A stretch of 64,000 bases of DNA from Thermoanaerobaculia bacterium (lineage in GTDB: Bacteria > Acidobacteriota > Thermoanaerobaculia > Multivoradales > UBA5704). The translations under genes were made by a program, and so were the position numbers. This document shows, in pieces, positions 52,996 to 63,240 of the stretch. Below the pieces are notes generated by a model. It saw only the letters and a program-made list of their open reading frames with translations. It was not told the origin of the DNA and ran no database searches. How positions within the stretch are numbered: position 1 is the first letter of the stretch; every line of letters starts with the position of its first letter. Where the stretch lies: assembly GCA_039918595.1 (NCBI GenBank), contig JBDSHF010000028.1:5370-69369 (forward strand). The letters are read 5' to 3'.

Positions 52996-53264
52996 CAGCT
53001 CTCCTCGTCGAATCGATTGGCGATGAGCGTCGTCACGGCCCGCACGGCGTCTTCCTCGTCCTGCCCCTCGGCGCGGACGGTCACCTGGCTCCCCTGACCC
53101 GCCGCCAGCAGGAGAATGCCGAGGATGCTCTTGGCGTCGACCTCCTCGCCGTCTTTCACCACCGTGATCCGGCTCTGGAAGTTACCGGCGGTGTGCACCA
53201 GCTTGGCGGCCGCCCGCGCGTGCAGGCCCAGCCGGTTGACGATCTCCGTCTGGCGCTCGATCAT
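52995..53264 (-). CDS. ptsH: phosphocarrier protein HPr
   Basis: Start at MIERQTEIVNRLGLHARAAAKLV (ATG at 53264). KSILGILLLAAGQG. Confidence 0.85.
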   Translation of the reverse strand: MIERQTEIVNRLGLHARAAAKLVHTAGNFQSRITVVKDGEEVDAKSILGILLLAAGQGSQVTVRAEGQDEEDAVRAVTTLIANRFDEES

Positions 53265-53722
53265 GAGGGCTCCTCCGCCTTGACCGGGACCGGGATCGCG
53301 CAGCTCGGCCCGCAGCTTCGCCCTTTGTCCAGATCCCCGGCCAGGCAGACGCTGCGCTGCCCCTTGTCCTGCAGCCAGTGGGCGAGCTCGGAGACGGTGC
53401 CTTTCTCGGCTCCCGTCTGGCAGGCCAGGCGCAGGACCATCGGCAGGTTCACCCCGGTCAGCACCTCGAACTTGTCCGCCTGGTAGAAGGTCATCGAGAT
53501 GTTGCAAGGCGTGCCGCCGTACATGTCGGTCAGGATGAGCACCCCCTGCCCCTGGTCGAGCCGCTCCAGGGCGGCGGCCACCTTGCTCCGCGCCTCGTCG
53601 AAGCCGTCGCTCCAGTCGAGCGACAGCGCCTCGAACCCGTTCAGCGAGCCCGAGATGGTATTCGCAGCGGCCAGGAGCTCGCGCGCCAGACCGCCATGAG
53701 TCAGGATCAGTTTTCCGATCAT
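53261..53722 (-). CDS. PTS EIIA component, mannose/fructose family
   Basis: MIGKLILTHGGLARELL...VLILTDMYGGTPCN. Confidence 0.8.
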   Translation of the reverse strand: MIGKLILTHGGLARELLAAANTISGSLNGFEALSLDWSDGFDEARSKVAAALERLDQGQGVLILTDMYGGTPCNISMTFYQADKFEVLTGVNLPMVLRLACQTGAEKGTVSELAHWLQDKGQRSVCLAGDLDKGRSCGPSCAIPVPVKAEEPS

Positions 53723-53809
53723 CGGCTTAGAAACACTCCCAGAATGGTAACCCGCTTGTTCTCCCCACGATTCCGCCCGCTCGGCACCGGATCAATCAAC
53801 ACCCGTGAA

Positions 53810-54712
53810 TCAGCGAGCGATGTCGCGGTGGATCACCCGCGCCGGCCAATCCTGCTCTTCCAGCGCCAGCTTCAGTCGTTCGGCGACGGCCACCGACCGG
53901 TGCCGCCCCCCCGTGCAGCCGATCGCCACCGAGAGATAGCTCCGGTTCTCGCGGCGGTAACGCGGCAGCAGATAGACCAGCAGGTCGGTCAGCCGGCCGA
54001 CCAGCTCCGCGAAGTCCGGCTGCTGGTCGAGATAGTCTTGTACCCCTTCGTCCTGCCCCGTCTGCTCGCGCAACCCGGGAACGAAGTGCGGGTTGGGCAG
54101 GAACCGCACGTCGAAGAGCAGGTCGGTACCGTAGGGGATGCCGTGCTTGAAACCGAAGCTTACCAGGGAGACGACCATTCCGGGCTCTTCGCCGGGATTG
54201 GTGGCGAACTCGCGGTAGACCTGGCTGCGGATCTCGTGGATCGACCAGGAGCTGGTGTCGAACACCATGTCGGCGCGGGCGCGCAGCTCCGCCAGCACCT
54301 CCCGCTCGCGGCGGATCCCCTCGATCACCGGCTGGTCCGGCGCCAGGGGGTGGGGGCGCCGGGTCTCGGAGAAGCGCCGCACCAGCACCTCGTCCGAGGC
54401 TTCGAGGAAGAGCAGCCGGGGGTCGATGCGGTCGCGGTCGATCTCGGCGAACAGGCGCGGGAACTCCTCGGCGAAGCCGGGAGCGCGCACATCGGTGACC
54501 ACGGCGATGCGGTCGTTGCCGCGCACCAGCTCCAGCGGGTTGTCGAGGAAGAGGCGCAGCAGGGGGAGCGGGAGGTTGTCGACCGTGTAATACGAGAGAT
54601 CCTCGAAGCACTTGGCGACCACGCTCTTGCCCGACCCCGAGAGGCCGGTGATGATGACGAGCCGGGCGGTACTCACCAAGGAGCTACCGGGGGGCTTTGC
54701 GGTTTCGTTCAA
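53810..54712 (-). CDS. rapZ: RNase adapter protein RapZ
   Basis: LVIITGLSGSGKSVVAKCFEDLSYYTVDNLP, FGFKHGIP, IGCTGGRHRSV. Confidence 0.9.
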   Translation of the reverse strand: MNETAKPPGSSLVSTARLVIITGLSGSGKSVVAKCFEDLSYYTVDNLPLPLLRLFLDNPLELVRGNDRIAVVTDVRAPGFAEEFPRLFAEIDRDRIDPRLLFLEASDEVLVRRFSETRRPHPLAPDQPVIEGIRREREVLAELRARADMVFDTSSWSIHEIRSQVYREFATNPGEEPGMVVSLVSFGFKHGIPYGTDLLFDVRFLPNPHFVPGLREQTGQDEGVQDYLDQQPDFAELVGRLTDLLVYLLPRYRRENRSYLSVAIGCTGGRHRSVAVAERLKLALEEQDWPARVIHRDIAR

Positions 54713-55679
54713 GCTGAGCCTCGAGTTTGCGCGCGAACTCCCGGGCCGAGTGGTGCCCCTGCAGCTTCAGCACGTGGTTGCGCGCCGCGATCTCGACCAG
54801 GATGCTGATGTTGCGCCCCATGGCGACCGGCATGCGGATGTAGGGGCAGGGGGTCTCCAGGATGTGGAACACCGTCTCGTCGAGGCCGAGCCGGTCGTAG
54901 GTCCGGCCGTCGCGCCAGTGCTCCAGCTCGATCACCAGGTCGATCGTGGTCCGCTCGCGCACCGAGGCGAGGCCGAACAGGTCCTGGACGTTGATGATCC
55001 CGATCCCCCGCAGCTCCATGTGGTGGCGCAGCGGCCCCTCGTTGTAGCCGACCAGCTCGCCGTTCGGGTAGCGCTTGACCTGCACCTTGTCGTCCGCCAC
55101 CAGGCTGTGGCCGCGGGTGATCAGGTCGAGGGCCGACTCGCTCTTGCCCACCCCGCTCTCGCCGATCAGCAGCACGCCGAGACCGTAGATCTCGAGCAGC
55201 ACGCCGTGCAGCGAGGTCGAGGGGACCAGGTGGTCCTCCAGGAAGTAGCTGATCCCCTTGATGACGTTCGACGACAGGGCGGGCGAGGAGAGGACGGGCA
55301 CCTCGCGGTTCTGGCAGAGCGAGAGGAAGCCGGGGAGCGGCGGCAGCCCCTTGGTGATGACGAACACCGGCACCGGCAGGCTGGTGATGCGGTCGAGCCG
55401 CTCCAGCCGCTCCTCCTCCTCGAGCGTCTTCAGGTACTCGGCCTCGCTCTCGCCGATGATCTGCACCCGCCCCGGCTTGATGTAGGCGTAATAGCCGGCG
55501 AAGGCGAGCCCCGGCTTCTGCACCCGTGGATGGGTGATCAGATTGTCCAGGTGCGACTGGCCGGAGAGGATGCTGAGGCGGAGGTAGCTCAGCTCCTCCC
55601 CCATCAGCTCCGCGACCGGCACCGCGCCGCTCCCGGGCTCCATCAGATACGTTTCCGGATGCGTTTCGCTCTCCATCAC
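54684..55679 (-). CDS. hprK: HPr kinase/phosphorylase
   Basis: HGVLLEIYGLGVLLIGESGVGKSESALDLITRGHSLVADD. Confidence 0.9.
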   Translation of the reverse strand: MMESETHPETYLMEPGSGAVPVAELMGEELSYLRLSILSGQSHLDNLITHPRVQKPGLAFAGYYAYIKPGRVQIIGESEAEYLKTLEEEERLERLDRITSLPVPVFVITKGLPPLPGFLSLCQNREVPVLSSPALSSNVIKGISYFLEDHLVPSTSLHGVLLEIYGLGVLLIGESGVGKSESALDLITRGHSLVADDKVQVKRYPNGELVGYNEGPLRHHMELRGIGIINVQDLFGLASVRERTTIDLVIELEHWRDGRTYDRLGLDETVFHILETPCPYIRMPVAMGRNISILVEIAARNHVLKLQGHHSAREFARKLEAQLERNRKAPR

Positions 55680-55864
55680 CCATCCTCATCGCGCAGGAGA
55701 TCGTACACCCGCGCCGCGTCGTGCAGGCCGAGGAGCCGGCCGGCATGACCGTCCGCCTTGATCCAGCGCGAGATGGCGGCCAGGGCGCGCAACACTCCGG
55801 GTCGATCGGTCGCCGGCAGATCCGGGAAGATCAGCTCCGGCCGGGTCAGCGCGCCGAGGCCCAC
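55676..55864 (-). CDS. short PtsN (EIIA-Ntr)-like N-terminal fragment, 62 aa
   Basis: LTRPELIFPDLPATDRPGVLRALAA... resembles the first third of PtsN. It ends before the expected phospho-His region. Occupies the ptsN position between rpoN and hprK. Confidence 0.35.
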   Translation of the reverse strand: MGLGALTRPELIFPDLPATDRPGVLRALAAISRWIKADGHAGRLLGLHDAARVYDLLRDEDG

Positions 55865-55865
55865 C

Positions 55866-57323
55866 TCAGAAGATCTGCTTCCGGTCGGTCGACGAGGGGA
55901 TGTTGAGCTCGTCCCGGTACTTCGCCACCGTGCGGCGGGCGATCTGGATCCCCTCGCGGTTCAAGATCCGCATCAGCTCGCTGTCGGACAGCGGCCGCTT
56001 CGGATCCTCGGCCTGGATCATCTGCTCGATCTTGCGCTTCACCGTCAGCGAGGAGATGTTGTCGCCGTACTCGCGGTCGATGCCGCTGTGGAAGAAGAAC
56101 TTCATCGGGAAGAGGCCGCGCTGGGTGTGGATGTACTTGTTGGAGACCACCCGGCTGACCGTCGACTCGTGCATGCCGATGTCCTCGGCCACGTCGCGCA
56201 GCACCATCGGCCGCAGGTGGTCGATGCCGCGGTCGAGGAACTCGCGCTGCTGGCGGACGATCGAGTCCGCCACCTTGTAGATCGTCCGCTGGCGCTGGTC
56301 GAGGCTCTTGATCAGCCAGACCGCCGAGCGGATCTTGTCCTTGATGAACGCCTGCGCCTCGCTCTGCCGCCCCTCGCTGCGCATGGTCTGCAGCATGCGC
56401 CGGTAGGCGCGGCTGACCCGCAGCCGGGGGAGGCCGTCGTCGTTGAGCTGGATGACGTACTCTTCGCCGACCCGGCGGACGAAGACGTCGGGCTCGATGT
56501 AGTGCGGCCGGTCGGTGCTGAACTGGCGCCCGGGATGAGTCTCCAGCGTGCGCACCACCTCGAGCGCCGCTTCCAGCTCCGGCAGATCGACGTTCAGCTT
56601 CTTGGCCACCGCCGGGAACTGCCGGCGCAGGAAGAGGTCCCAGGCCTCGTCGACCATCCGCCGCGCCAGCGACTCCGGCTCGATCCCCTTCATGTCCATC
56701 TGCAGCAGCAGGCTCTCGCGCAGGTCGACGCAGGCGATGCCCGGCGGATCGAAGGAGCGCACGATGGCGAGCGCCTCCTCGATCTCCGCCATGGTGTACT
56801 CGCGCCCCTCGGCGTCGCCCATCCCGAGGATCTCGTCGAGGGTGGCGACCAGGAAGCCGTCCGGGTTGAGGTTGCCGATGATCAGCTCGACGATCTCGCG
56901 CTGGCGGGGACCGATCTCCGCCATGTGGAGCTGCCAGAGGAGGTGGTCGTAGAGGTCGGCCTCGCGGGAGAGGCTGTTTTCGATCGGCGGCTCTTCCCGC
57001 TCCTCCATCATCGACGACGCCCCGGAGCCCTCCCAGTAGTCGCCGAAGTAGGCGTCGAGGTCGATGTTCTCCATCGACTTCTCGTGGTCGAGGGTCTCAC
57101 CGTTGGCCGGCGCCTCGGGAGCCGCTTCCTCTTCCCGCTGGGGCGTCTCCTCCTCGGTGATGTCCCCCGACTCCTCGAGGACTGGATTCTCCACCAGCTC
57201 CTGAGTGAGCAGCGTGTCGAGCTCCATACGCGTCATCTGCAGCAGCTTGATCGCCTGCTGCAAAGAAGGCGTCATCACAAGCTTCTGTGACATCTTCAAC
57301 GATAGTTTTTGCTCTAACGCCAT
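55866..57323 (-). CDS. rpoN: RNA polymerase sigma-54 factor
   Basis: LSLKMSQKLVMTPSLQQAIKLLQM. C-terminal RPLSDSELMRILNREGIQIARRTVAKYR (RpoN box). Confidence 0.95.
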   Translation of the reverse strand: MALEQKLSLKMSQKLVMTPSLQQAIKLLQMTRMELDTLLTQELVENPVLEESGDITEEETPQREEEAAPEAPANGETLDHEKSMENIDLDAYFGDYWEGSGASSMMEEREEPPIENSLSREADLYDHLLWQLHMAEIGPRQREIVELIIGNLNPDGFLVATLDEILGMGDAEGREYTMAEIEEALAIVRSFDPPGIACVDLRESLLLQMDMKGIEPESLARRMVDEAWDLFLRRQFPAVAKKLNVDLPELEAALEVVRTLETHPGRQFSTDRPHYIEPDVFVRRVGEEYVIQLNDDGLPRLRVSRAYRRMLQTMRSEGRQSEAQAFIKDKIRSAVWLIKSLDQRQRTIYKVADSIVRQQREFLDRGIDHLRPMVLRDVAEDIGMHESTVSRVVSNKYIHTQRGLFPMKFFFHSGIDREYGDNISSLTVKRKIEQMIQAEDPKRPLSDSELMRILNREGIQIARRTVAKYRDELNIPSSTDRKQIF

Positions 57324-57335
57324 TACACTTTCAGC

Positions 57336-58091
57336 CTACAGAGTGAAGTCTTCTCCAAGATAGATTTTTCGGACTTGCGCGTCCGTCGAAAGCTCATGCG
57401 GGGTGCCGGAGCGCAGAATTTCGCCGTTGTTGATGATATAGGCCCGGTCGGTTATTTTCAATGTTTCCCGCACGTTATGGTCGGTGATCAGAATTCCGAT
57501 CCCCATCGACTTCAGGTGCCTGATGATGCCCTGGATGTCGAGCACCGCGATCGGGTCGATCCCAGCGAACGGTTCGTCGAGAAGGATATACCACGGGTTG
57601 ATGACCAGCGCCCGCGCGATCTCGACCCGCCGCCGCTCGCCGCCCGACAGCAGGGCCCCGCGGGTGCGCCGCACCTTGGACAGTCCGAGGTCGGCGATGA
57701 GCTGGTCGATGCGCCGTTCCTGCTCCGCGTGCGAGAGGTCGACCGTCTCGAAGATCGCCCGCAGATTGTTCTCCACCGACATGCGGCGGAAGACCGACGG
57801 CTCCTGCGGCAGATAGCTGATCCCGCGCTGCGCCCGCAGGTACATCGGCAGCTCGGTGATGTCCTCGTCGCCGAGCAGGACGGTCCCCGAATCGGGCGGC
57901 GTCAGCCCGACCACCATGTAGAAGGTCGTCGTCTTGCCGGCGCCGTTGGGGCCCAGCAGCCCCACGATCTCCCCCGGGCCGACCTCGATCGACACGTCCT
58001 GCACCACGGCCCGGCCGCGGTACACCTTGCGCAGGTTGGCCGTCGCGAGCTTCCGCGCCTCCCCGGTCCTTTCGCTCAACGGCTCGGTCAT
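57336..58091 (-). CDS. lptB: LPS export ABC transporter ATPase
   Basis: [43 protein letters not shown]. Confidence 0.9.
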   Translation of the reverse strand: MTEPLSERTGEARKLATANLRKVYRGRAVVQDVSIEVGPGEIVGLLGPNGAGKTTTFYMVVGLTPPDSGTVLLGDEDITELPMYLRAQRGISYLPQEPSVFRRMSVENNLRAIFETVDLSHAEQERRIDQLIADLGLSKVRRTRGALLSGGERRRVEIARALVINPWYILLDEPFAGIDPIAVLDIQGIIRHLKSMGIGILITDHNVRETLKITDRAYIINNGEILRSGTPHELSTDAQVRKIYLGEDFTL

Positions 58092-60226
58092 CTTTCCTTT
58101 CCTGGTGGCTTCGCCGGCGCCGGCTTCGGCGGCTTGGCCGACGGCCGGGTCTGGATGGCGGGGGCCGGATTGGCCTCCCCTTCCTTGCCCTGCACCACCG
58201 CCCGGCCGTCGTCGACGTAGTAGAGCACCCGCTTGCCGCGCACCTGGTTGCCGTCCTTGTCGGTCATCGTCACCGGCTCGCCGGTGATGTCGATCTGCCG
58301 CTGGCTCACCTGGTAGAGCGCCTTCTGCCCGTCGATCTTCCGCCCCACCTTGGGGTCGTTCAGCTTGGTGTCGCCGCTGCAGGTCATCGTCTTCGCCTGG
58401 CGGTCCGCCCCGAGATCGACCTCCAGCCGCTGGCAGGTGAGGGTCTTCCCCTCCTGGTCCACCCGCACGTTGCCGGTGTAGAGAAGGAGGCCGGCCTTCG
58501 GCGGCTCGCCCTCCCCCTTCTGCCCGCCCTTTTCTGAGCCCTTTTCCGAATACTGGAGATCGCCCGCCGAGACCTGGATCGGCGTCGGCTTCTTCCCTCC
58601 CGCGCCCGCTTTACCCGCCTGCTCCTGGGTGGGATAGAACAGCGTCTTCACCCCGCCCGTGGCGGTGAGCTGGTCCGCCGCCTTGTCCCCGCGCAGCTCC
58701 GGCGCCAGCAGCAGGTTGTCCCCGCGCCAGGCGCGCACGTCGCCACGGAAGATGAATGAGGACGGCTGCTGCCGCCAGAATGCCTCCTGCGATTCTACAT
58801 GCACTGGACCCTGCCCATTAGCAAGCGGCGTGCCAGAGAGCGCCGTCTCCTCCACCTTCTGCAGCAGCGCCTTCACGCCGCCGCGGGCGTTCACGATCTG
58901 CTGATCGGTGTTGTAGACCATTCTCGGCGCCTCGATCCGCCCGCGGTCACTGGTCACCACCACCGGGTCGCCGACGAACTCGCCGCGCCCCTGCTCCATG
59001 TCGAGCGCCCCGTGCTTGCCGGTGGCGGTGACCTGGCCGTCGTGGTAGACGACGTTGTTGTCGAAGCTCATGGTGGCGAGCTGGCCGTCCGGCTTGAAGG
59101 TGGCCGCGCCGCGCTGGCCGGTGGCCTGGCGCAGGACCGGCTTGCCGGCCACCCGCGAGACCTCGCGGATCTCGACGCCGCCGAAGGCGTCCGCCGCGTT
59201 CAGCACGCCGTTCTCCATCGTCCCTTCCAGGCGGCGCGCGGTGAGGGTGCGCGAGACGCCGCCGCCCGTCGAATCCATCTGCACGCGGCCGTTCTCCGGC
59301 GCCGAATACTCCACCCGCCGCGCCTGGTTCCCCTCCGGCTGAAAGACCACCGCGAGGTCCTTCCCCCCCTTGAAGCGGATGGTCGTCGGCTGCGCCGCGG
59401 CTTTTCCAGGAGAAGACAGCCCTGGCGCCAGCGCCGTCGTCGAGTGGGTCTCCCCCTCGATGGCCCAGAAGGCATGGACGAACTTGAGCCCGGTCTCGTC
59501 GTCCGACAGGTTGCCGTAGATGCGCACGGCCGCCAGCCGGTCCTGCCCGCGGCGGATCCGGGTGCCCCCCTCGGCGCGCATCCAGAGCTTCTGGCGGTCG
59601 TAGATCAAGCGCTGCGCGGTGACCTGGACCGGCGGCTCCACCCCCGGGACGCTGTCGATGCGGGCTCCCTGCCGCAGCGTGTAGACCTCGCCGGGGATGT
59701 CGATGTTCAGCCGGCCGGCGTGCGCGATGTACTTGCCGCCATAGTTGATCTCGACCGGCGTCTCGCTTTGCACCACGTCCCCCTTCTGCTGGAGGTTGAG
59801 GCGGGCGGTGCGCAGCTCGAGCTCGTTGGGGCCGCGGACGACGACGTTGCCCTGCAATTGCCCCTCGTTGGATTCGCGGTTGAAGCTCGCCTTCCGGCTT
59901 TCGAGGTGGAAGATCCGCCCCTGGCGGTCCCAGAGCGTGACGCCGACGCGGTCCAGGTAGATCGTCCCCTCGCGGTCCGCCTTGATGCTCTCCCCCTTGA
60001 TGTGGAAGACCGGCCGGGAGCCGTCGGTGAAGGTGTAGTCGAAATCCTCGCCGATCAGCGTCATCCCCTTGGAGCCACCGGTCTCCTCCGCCGTCGCCGG
60101 CTTGTCCCGCCGCTGGCCGGCCTTGCCGAACATGAAGAGTCCGACCACCCCCACGACGAGCAGCACCAGCGCAAGGAGCAGCAGCTTGCGGAAGAGGGAG
60201 ACGTAAGAGCGGGCTTTGCGCGCCAT
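58088..60226 (-). CDS. membrane-anchored LptC/LptA (OstA)-like multidomain protein, 712 aa
   Basis: N-terminal TM helix [19 protein letters not shown]. Repeated beta-jellyroll-like segments. 4-nt overlap with the lptB start. Confidence 0.55.
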   Translation of the reverse strand: MARKARSYVSLFRKLLLLALVLLVVGVVGLFMFGKAGQRRDKPATAEETGGSKGMTLIGEDFDYTFTDGSRPVFHIKGESIKADREGTIYLDRVGVTLWDRQGRIFHLESRKASFNRESNEGQLQGNVVVRGPNELELRTARLNLQQKGDVVQSETPVEINYGGKYIAHAGRLNIDIPGEVYTLRQGARIDSVPGVEPPVQVTAQRLIYDRQKLWMRAEGGTRIRRGQDRLAAVRIYGNLSDDETGLKFVHAFWAIEGETHSTTALAPGLSSPGKAAAQPTTIRFKGGKDLAVVFQPEGNQARRVEYSAPENGRVQMDSTGGGVSRTLTARRLEGTMENGVLNAADAFGGVEIREVSRVAGKPVLRQATGQRGAATFKPDGQLATMSFDNNVVYHDGQVTATGKHGALDMEQGRGEFVGDPVVVTSDRGRIEAPRMVYNTDQQIVNARGGVKALLQKVEETALSGTPLANGQGPVHVESQEAFWRQQPSSFIFRGDVRAWRGDNLLLAPELRGDKAADQLTATGGVKTLFYPTQEQAGKAGAGGKKPTPIQVSAGDLQYSEKGSEKGGQKGEGEPPKAGLLLYTGNVRVDQEGKTLTCQRLEVDLGADRQAKTMTCSGDTKLNDPKVGRKIDGQKALYQVSQRQIDITGEPVTMTDKDGNQVRGKRVLYYVDDGRAVVQGKEGEANPAPAIQTRPSAKPPKPAPAKPPGKER

Positions 60227-60278
60227 CGGCGATGAATTCTAAGTTCGATCGAGAGTTTCAGGAAAAGATCCAGGCCGT

Positions 60279-61940
60279 TCAAGAAGGCCGGCTGTCCACC
60301 AGCCGCAGCACCGGACCGCCGCGATAGGAGTCGTCCTCGACACAGGCGAGAACCTCGAAGCTGCCGCGCAGATCCCGCGCGCGCTCCGCCCACCGCCACC
60401 CTACCAGCTCGACGGTAGCGCCGTCTCCCCCGCGGGCCCGCGCCGACAGATGGCCGTTGCCGAAATTGCGCGGCTCCCCCTCGATCCGCAGCGGACCGGT
60501 GCGCAGGAGCGGCCGCGGATTCCCCTGGCCGAACGGCTCGAGCTTCGCGAGCTGCGCCAGCAGGCGGGGCGACACCTCGCCCGGCGCCATGTGCAGCTCA
60601 TATTCGACCCGCCGCACCAGCATCTCCTCCGGCCACTCCGCCCCCGCCGCCTCCCATGCGCCCCGCAGCTCCTCCAGGCGGTCGGTCGCCACCGTCAGCC
60701 CGATCGCCTGCGAGTGGCCGCCGAATTTCTCCATCCGATCTTTCCAGGCCGAGAGGAAGCCGTGCAGCTCGAGGCCCGGCAGGCTGCGCCCCGAGCCGGT
60801 CGCCGTCGCCCCCTCGACCGCCAGCAGCACCACGGGGCGGTGGAGATCCTTGGCCACGCGGCCGGCCGCGATCCCCACCACGCCCTTATGCCAGCTCTCG
60901 CTCCAGGCCACCAGGATCGGCGGCAGCGGCGAGCGCTGGGCGAACTGGCCCATGGCCTCCTCCACTACTCGCATCTCCGTGGTCTGCCGCTCGCGGTTCC
61001 AGCCGTCGAGCTCGGCCGCCAGCGCCGCGGCGCGGCCGGCGTCGCGGCTCAGCAGCAGCTCCAGCGCCCGCTCGGGATCGTGCAGCCGCCCCGCCGCGTT
61101 GATCCGCGGCCCCATGCGAAAGCCGACGTCCGCCGCCGTGAACGGCGGCTTCATCCCGGACTGCAGGATGAGCGCCTTTAAACCCTGCGATTTCGCCTCG
61201 GCGAGCGCCTTGAGACCGAGCGCCGCGATCACCCGGTTCTCCCCGTGGAGCGGCACCAGGTCGGCGATCGTGCCCAGGCAGGCCACCCGCAGCAGCGGCG
61301 CCGGATCCAGCGTCTTGCCGCACCGCACCGCCAGGGCCAGCGCCAGCTTGAAGGCGAGCCCGACCGCCGCGAGATCCCGGAACGGGTAGGTGCAATGAGA
61401 TTGGTGGGGGTTGATGTGCAGCGCACCCGCCGGCAGCTCGCACCCCGGCAGGTGATGATCGGTGACGATGACGCCGATCCCGGCCGCCATAGCCGCCTCC
61501 ACCGCCTCGACCGAGGAGCTGCCGCAATCGGCGGTGACGATCAGGCCGCACCCCAGCTCGCGAGCCCGCTCCACGTGGACCGGCTGAAAGCCATACCCCT
61601 CGCGCAGCCGGTGCGGCATCACCGCCTTCGCCTCGATGCCGCAGGCCGCGAACACGGCGAGCAGCAGAGCGGTCGCGGAGATGCCGTCGACGTCGTAGTC
61701 GCCGACCACCGCGACCTTCTCCTTGCGCTCGCGGGCCCCCAGCAGCCGGGCCACCGCCTCCTCCATGCCGGCGAGCAGAAAGGGATCGTGAAGCTGATCG
61801 AGGGTTGGGTGCAGGAAGAGCTCGGCCCCGCGCGAGTCCTCGACGCCCCGCCGGGCGAGCAGCGCCGCGAGCCAGGGGGCTACCCCGTCCCGTTCGAGAC
61901 CGGCCGCGCACGCCGGCACCGGCGCGGCCACCCACTCCAC
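60279..61940 (-). CDS. recJ: single-stranded-DNA-specific exonuclease RecJ
   Basis: VVGDYDVDGISA, IVTDHH, GGHSQAIG. Confidence 0.85.
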   Translation of the reverse strand: MEWVAAPVPACAAGLERDGVAPWLAALLARRGVEDSRGAELFLHPTLDQLHDPFLLAGMEEAVARLLGARERKEKVAVVGDYDVDGISATALLLAVFAACGIEAKAVMPHRLREGYGFQPVHVERARELGCGLIVTADCGSSSVEAVEAAMAAGIGVIVTDHHLPGCELPAGALHINPHQSHCTYPFRDLAAVGLAFKLALALAVRCGKTLDPAPLLRVACLGTIADLVPLHGENRVIAALGLKALAEAKSQGLKALILQSGMKPPFTAADVGFRMGPRINAAGRLHDPERALELLLSRDAGRAAALAAELDGWNRERQTTEMRVVEEAMGQFAQRSPLPPILVAWSESWHKGVVGIAAGRVAKDLHRPVVLLAVEGATATGSGRSLPGLELHGFLSAWKDRMEKFGGHSQAIGLTVATDRLEELRGAWEAAGAEWPEEMLVRRVEYELHMAPGEVSPRLLAQLAKLEPFGQGNPRPLLRTGPLRIEGEPRNFGNGHLSARARGGDGATVELVGWRWAERARDLRGSFEVLACVEDDSYRGGPVLRLVDSRPS

Positions 61941-61956
61941 CGGCGAGCTCAGATCG

Positions 61957-62922
61957 TTAGCCCTCGTCGTACGCCCCGAGGGCCCGGAACTTCTCGTAGC
62001 GGCGCGCGATCAGCTCTTTGGTCGAGAGGCGCTGCAGGTCGTTGAGCGCCCGCTCGACGACATCGCCCACCCGCCGGCACGCTGCATCCGGATCGGTGTG
62101 GGCGCCGCCGGCGGGCTCGGGGATGATCTCGTCGACGACGCCGAGGGCCAGGAGGTCGGGCGCCGTGATCTTCATCGCCTCGGCGGCCTCGTTCTTGCGG
62201 TCCTGGTCCTTCCAGAGGATGGCGGCGCACCCCTCGGGCGAGATCACCGAGTAGGTGGCATATTCCAGCATGTACACCCGGTCGCCCACCCCGAGCGCCA
62301 GCGCGCCGCCGCTCCCCCCCTCGCCGGTGACGGTGACGACGATCGGCACCTCCAGCACGGCCATCTCGATGAGGTTGCGGGCGATCGCCTCGGCCTGCCC
62401 CCGCTCCTCGGCGTCGAGGCCGGGATAGGCGCCGGCGGTGTCGATGAAGGTGAGGACGGGGCGGCCGAACCGCTCCGCCATCTTCATCACCCGCAGCGCT
62501 TTGCGGTACCCCTCGGGGCGCGGCTGGCCGAAGTTGCGGAGGATCCGCTCCCGGGTGTCGCGCCCCTTCTGATGGCCGATCACCGCGACGCTCCGGCCGC
62601 GGAACGTGGCGAACCCGGAGACGATGGCGGGATCGTCCCCGAAGGCGCGGTCGCCATGGATCTCTACCCAGTCGGTCATCAGCGCCTGCACGTACTCGAG
62701 GGTATAGGGGCGGTCCTGATGGCGGGCCACCAGGGTCTTCTGCCAGCGGTTGAGGCCGCCGTAGACGTCGGAGGTGGACTTGCGCAGCGTGTTGCGCAGG
62801 CGATCCAGCTCCTTCTCCTGCCCGCTCCCGGGCGGGAAGCCTTCCAGCTCCTGGATCTGGCGGCGGAGCTCGTTCAGGGGCTCGTCGAAATTGGAATCGG
62901 AGATTGCCATGCCGCCCGGCAA
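61957..62922 (-). CDS. accA: acetyl-CoA carboxylase carboxyltransferase alpha subunit
   Basis: FIDTAGAYPGLDAEERGQAEAIARNL...GEGGSGGALA. Confidence 0.9.
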   Translation of the reverse strand: MPGGMAISDSNFDEPLNELRRQIQELEGFPPGSGQEKELDRLRNTLRKSTSDVYGGLNRWQKTLVARHQDRPYTLEYVQALMTDWVEIHGDRAFGDDPAIVSGFATFRGRSVAVIGHQKGRDTRERILRNFGQPRPEGYRKALRVMKMAERFGRPVLTFIDTAGAYPGLDAEERGQAEAIARNLIEMAVLEVPIVVTVTGEGGSGGALALGVGDRVYMLEYATYSVISPEGCAAILWKDQDRKNEAAEAMKITAPDLLALGVVDEIIPEPAGGAHTDPDAACRRVGDVVERALNDLQRLSTKELIARRYEKFRALGAYDEG

Positions 62923-62997
62923 ACTAGCATAAAGCGGGGGGCGGAGGTCAACGCGGACGAAGCTGAGAATCTACCTTAGATGTATCGCTTGAGCCTT

Positions 62998-63019
62998 TGT
63001 CGGCGCGCCGACAGTGCGG
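62998..63019. repeat. second copy of palindrome TGTCGGCGCGCCGACA plus TGCGGG flank
   Basis: 16-bp perfect palindrome at 62998-63013. Compare 48013-48028; both copies are followed by (T/G)TGCGGG. Confidence 0.5.
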
Positions 63020-63045
63020 GATGGCCAAGAGAAGAGGCCGGCGGC

Positions 63046-63142
63046 GGCGTTGAGGGCGACCGCAGGTCGCCCCTACAACCTGGGCCCCACATACACCTTG
63101 CGCCGGAGGTTGTAGGGGCGACCTGCGGTCGCCCTCAACGCC
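63046..63142. repeat. perfect 35-bp inverted repeat (REP/MITE-like), arms 63046-63080 and 63108-63142
   Basis: GGCGTTGAGGGCGACCGCAGGTCGCCCCTACAACC and its exact reverse complement, separated by 27 nt. Each arm has an internal palindrome GGCGACC-GCA-GGTCGCC. Confidence 0.7.
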
Positions 63143-63240
63143 ACGGTGTCAGGATCGGCTTAGCTCGCCCGCCGGATCGATGAAGTCGCCGGTTCCGGAT
63201 AAATTTGACCACCTCGGCAAGACCTCCCTATACTTCCGTC

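Noticed and set aside
35462-60235. Very long ORFs antisense to recognisable genes: 35462..36841, 40490..41995, 43756..45690, 48569..50269, 50840..52669 (upstream part), 51535..52968, 53378..54808, 55758..57290 and 58799..60235.
   Set aside because: Their composition is Arg/Gly/Pro/Ala/Asp/Leu-rich and of low complexity. They lack RBSs or motifs and lie opposite confidently identified housekeeping genes. This is typical of shadow ORFs in high-GC DNA.
62980-63183. 67-aa ORF MYRLSLCRRADSAG...
   Set aside because: It is merely the translation of the palindrome at 62998 and the 35-bp inverted repeat. No RBS is present and the sequence is symmetric.
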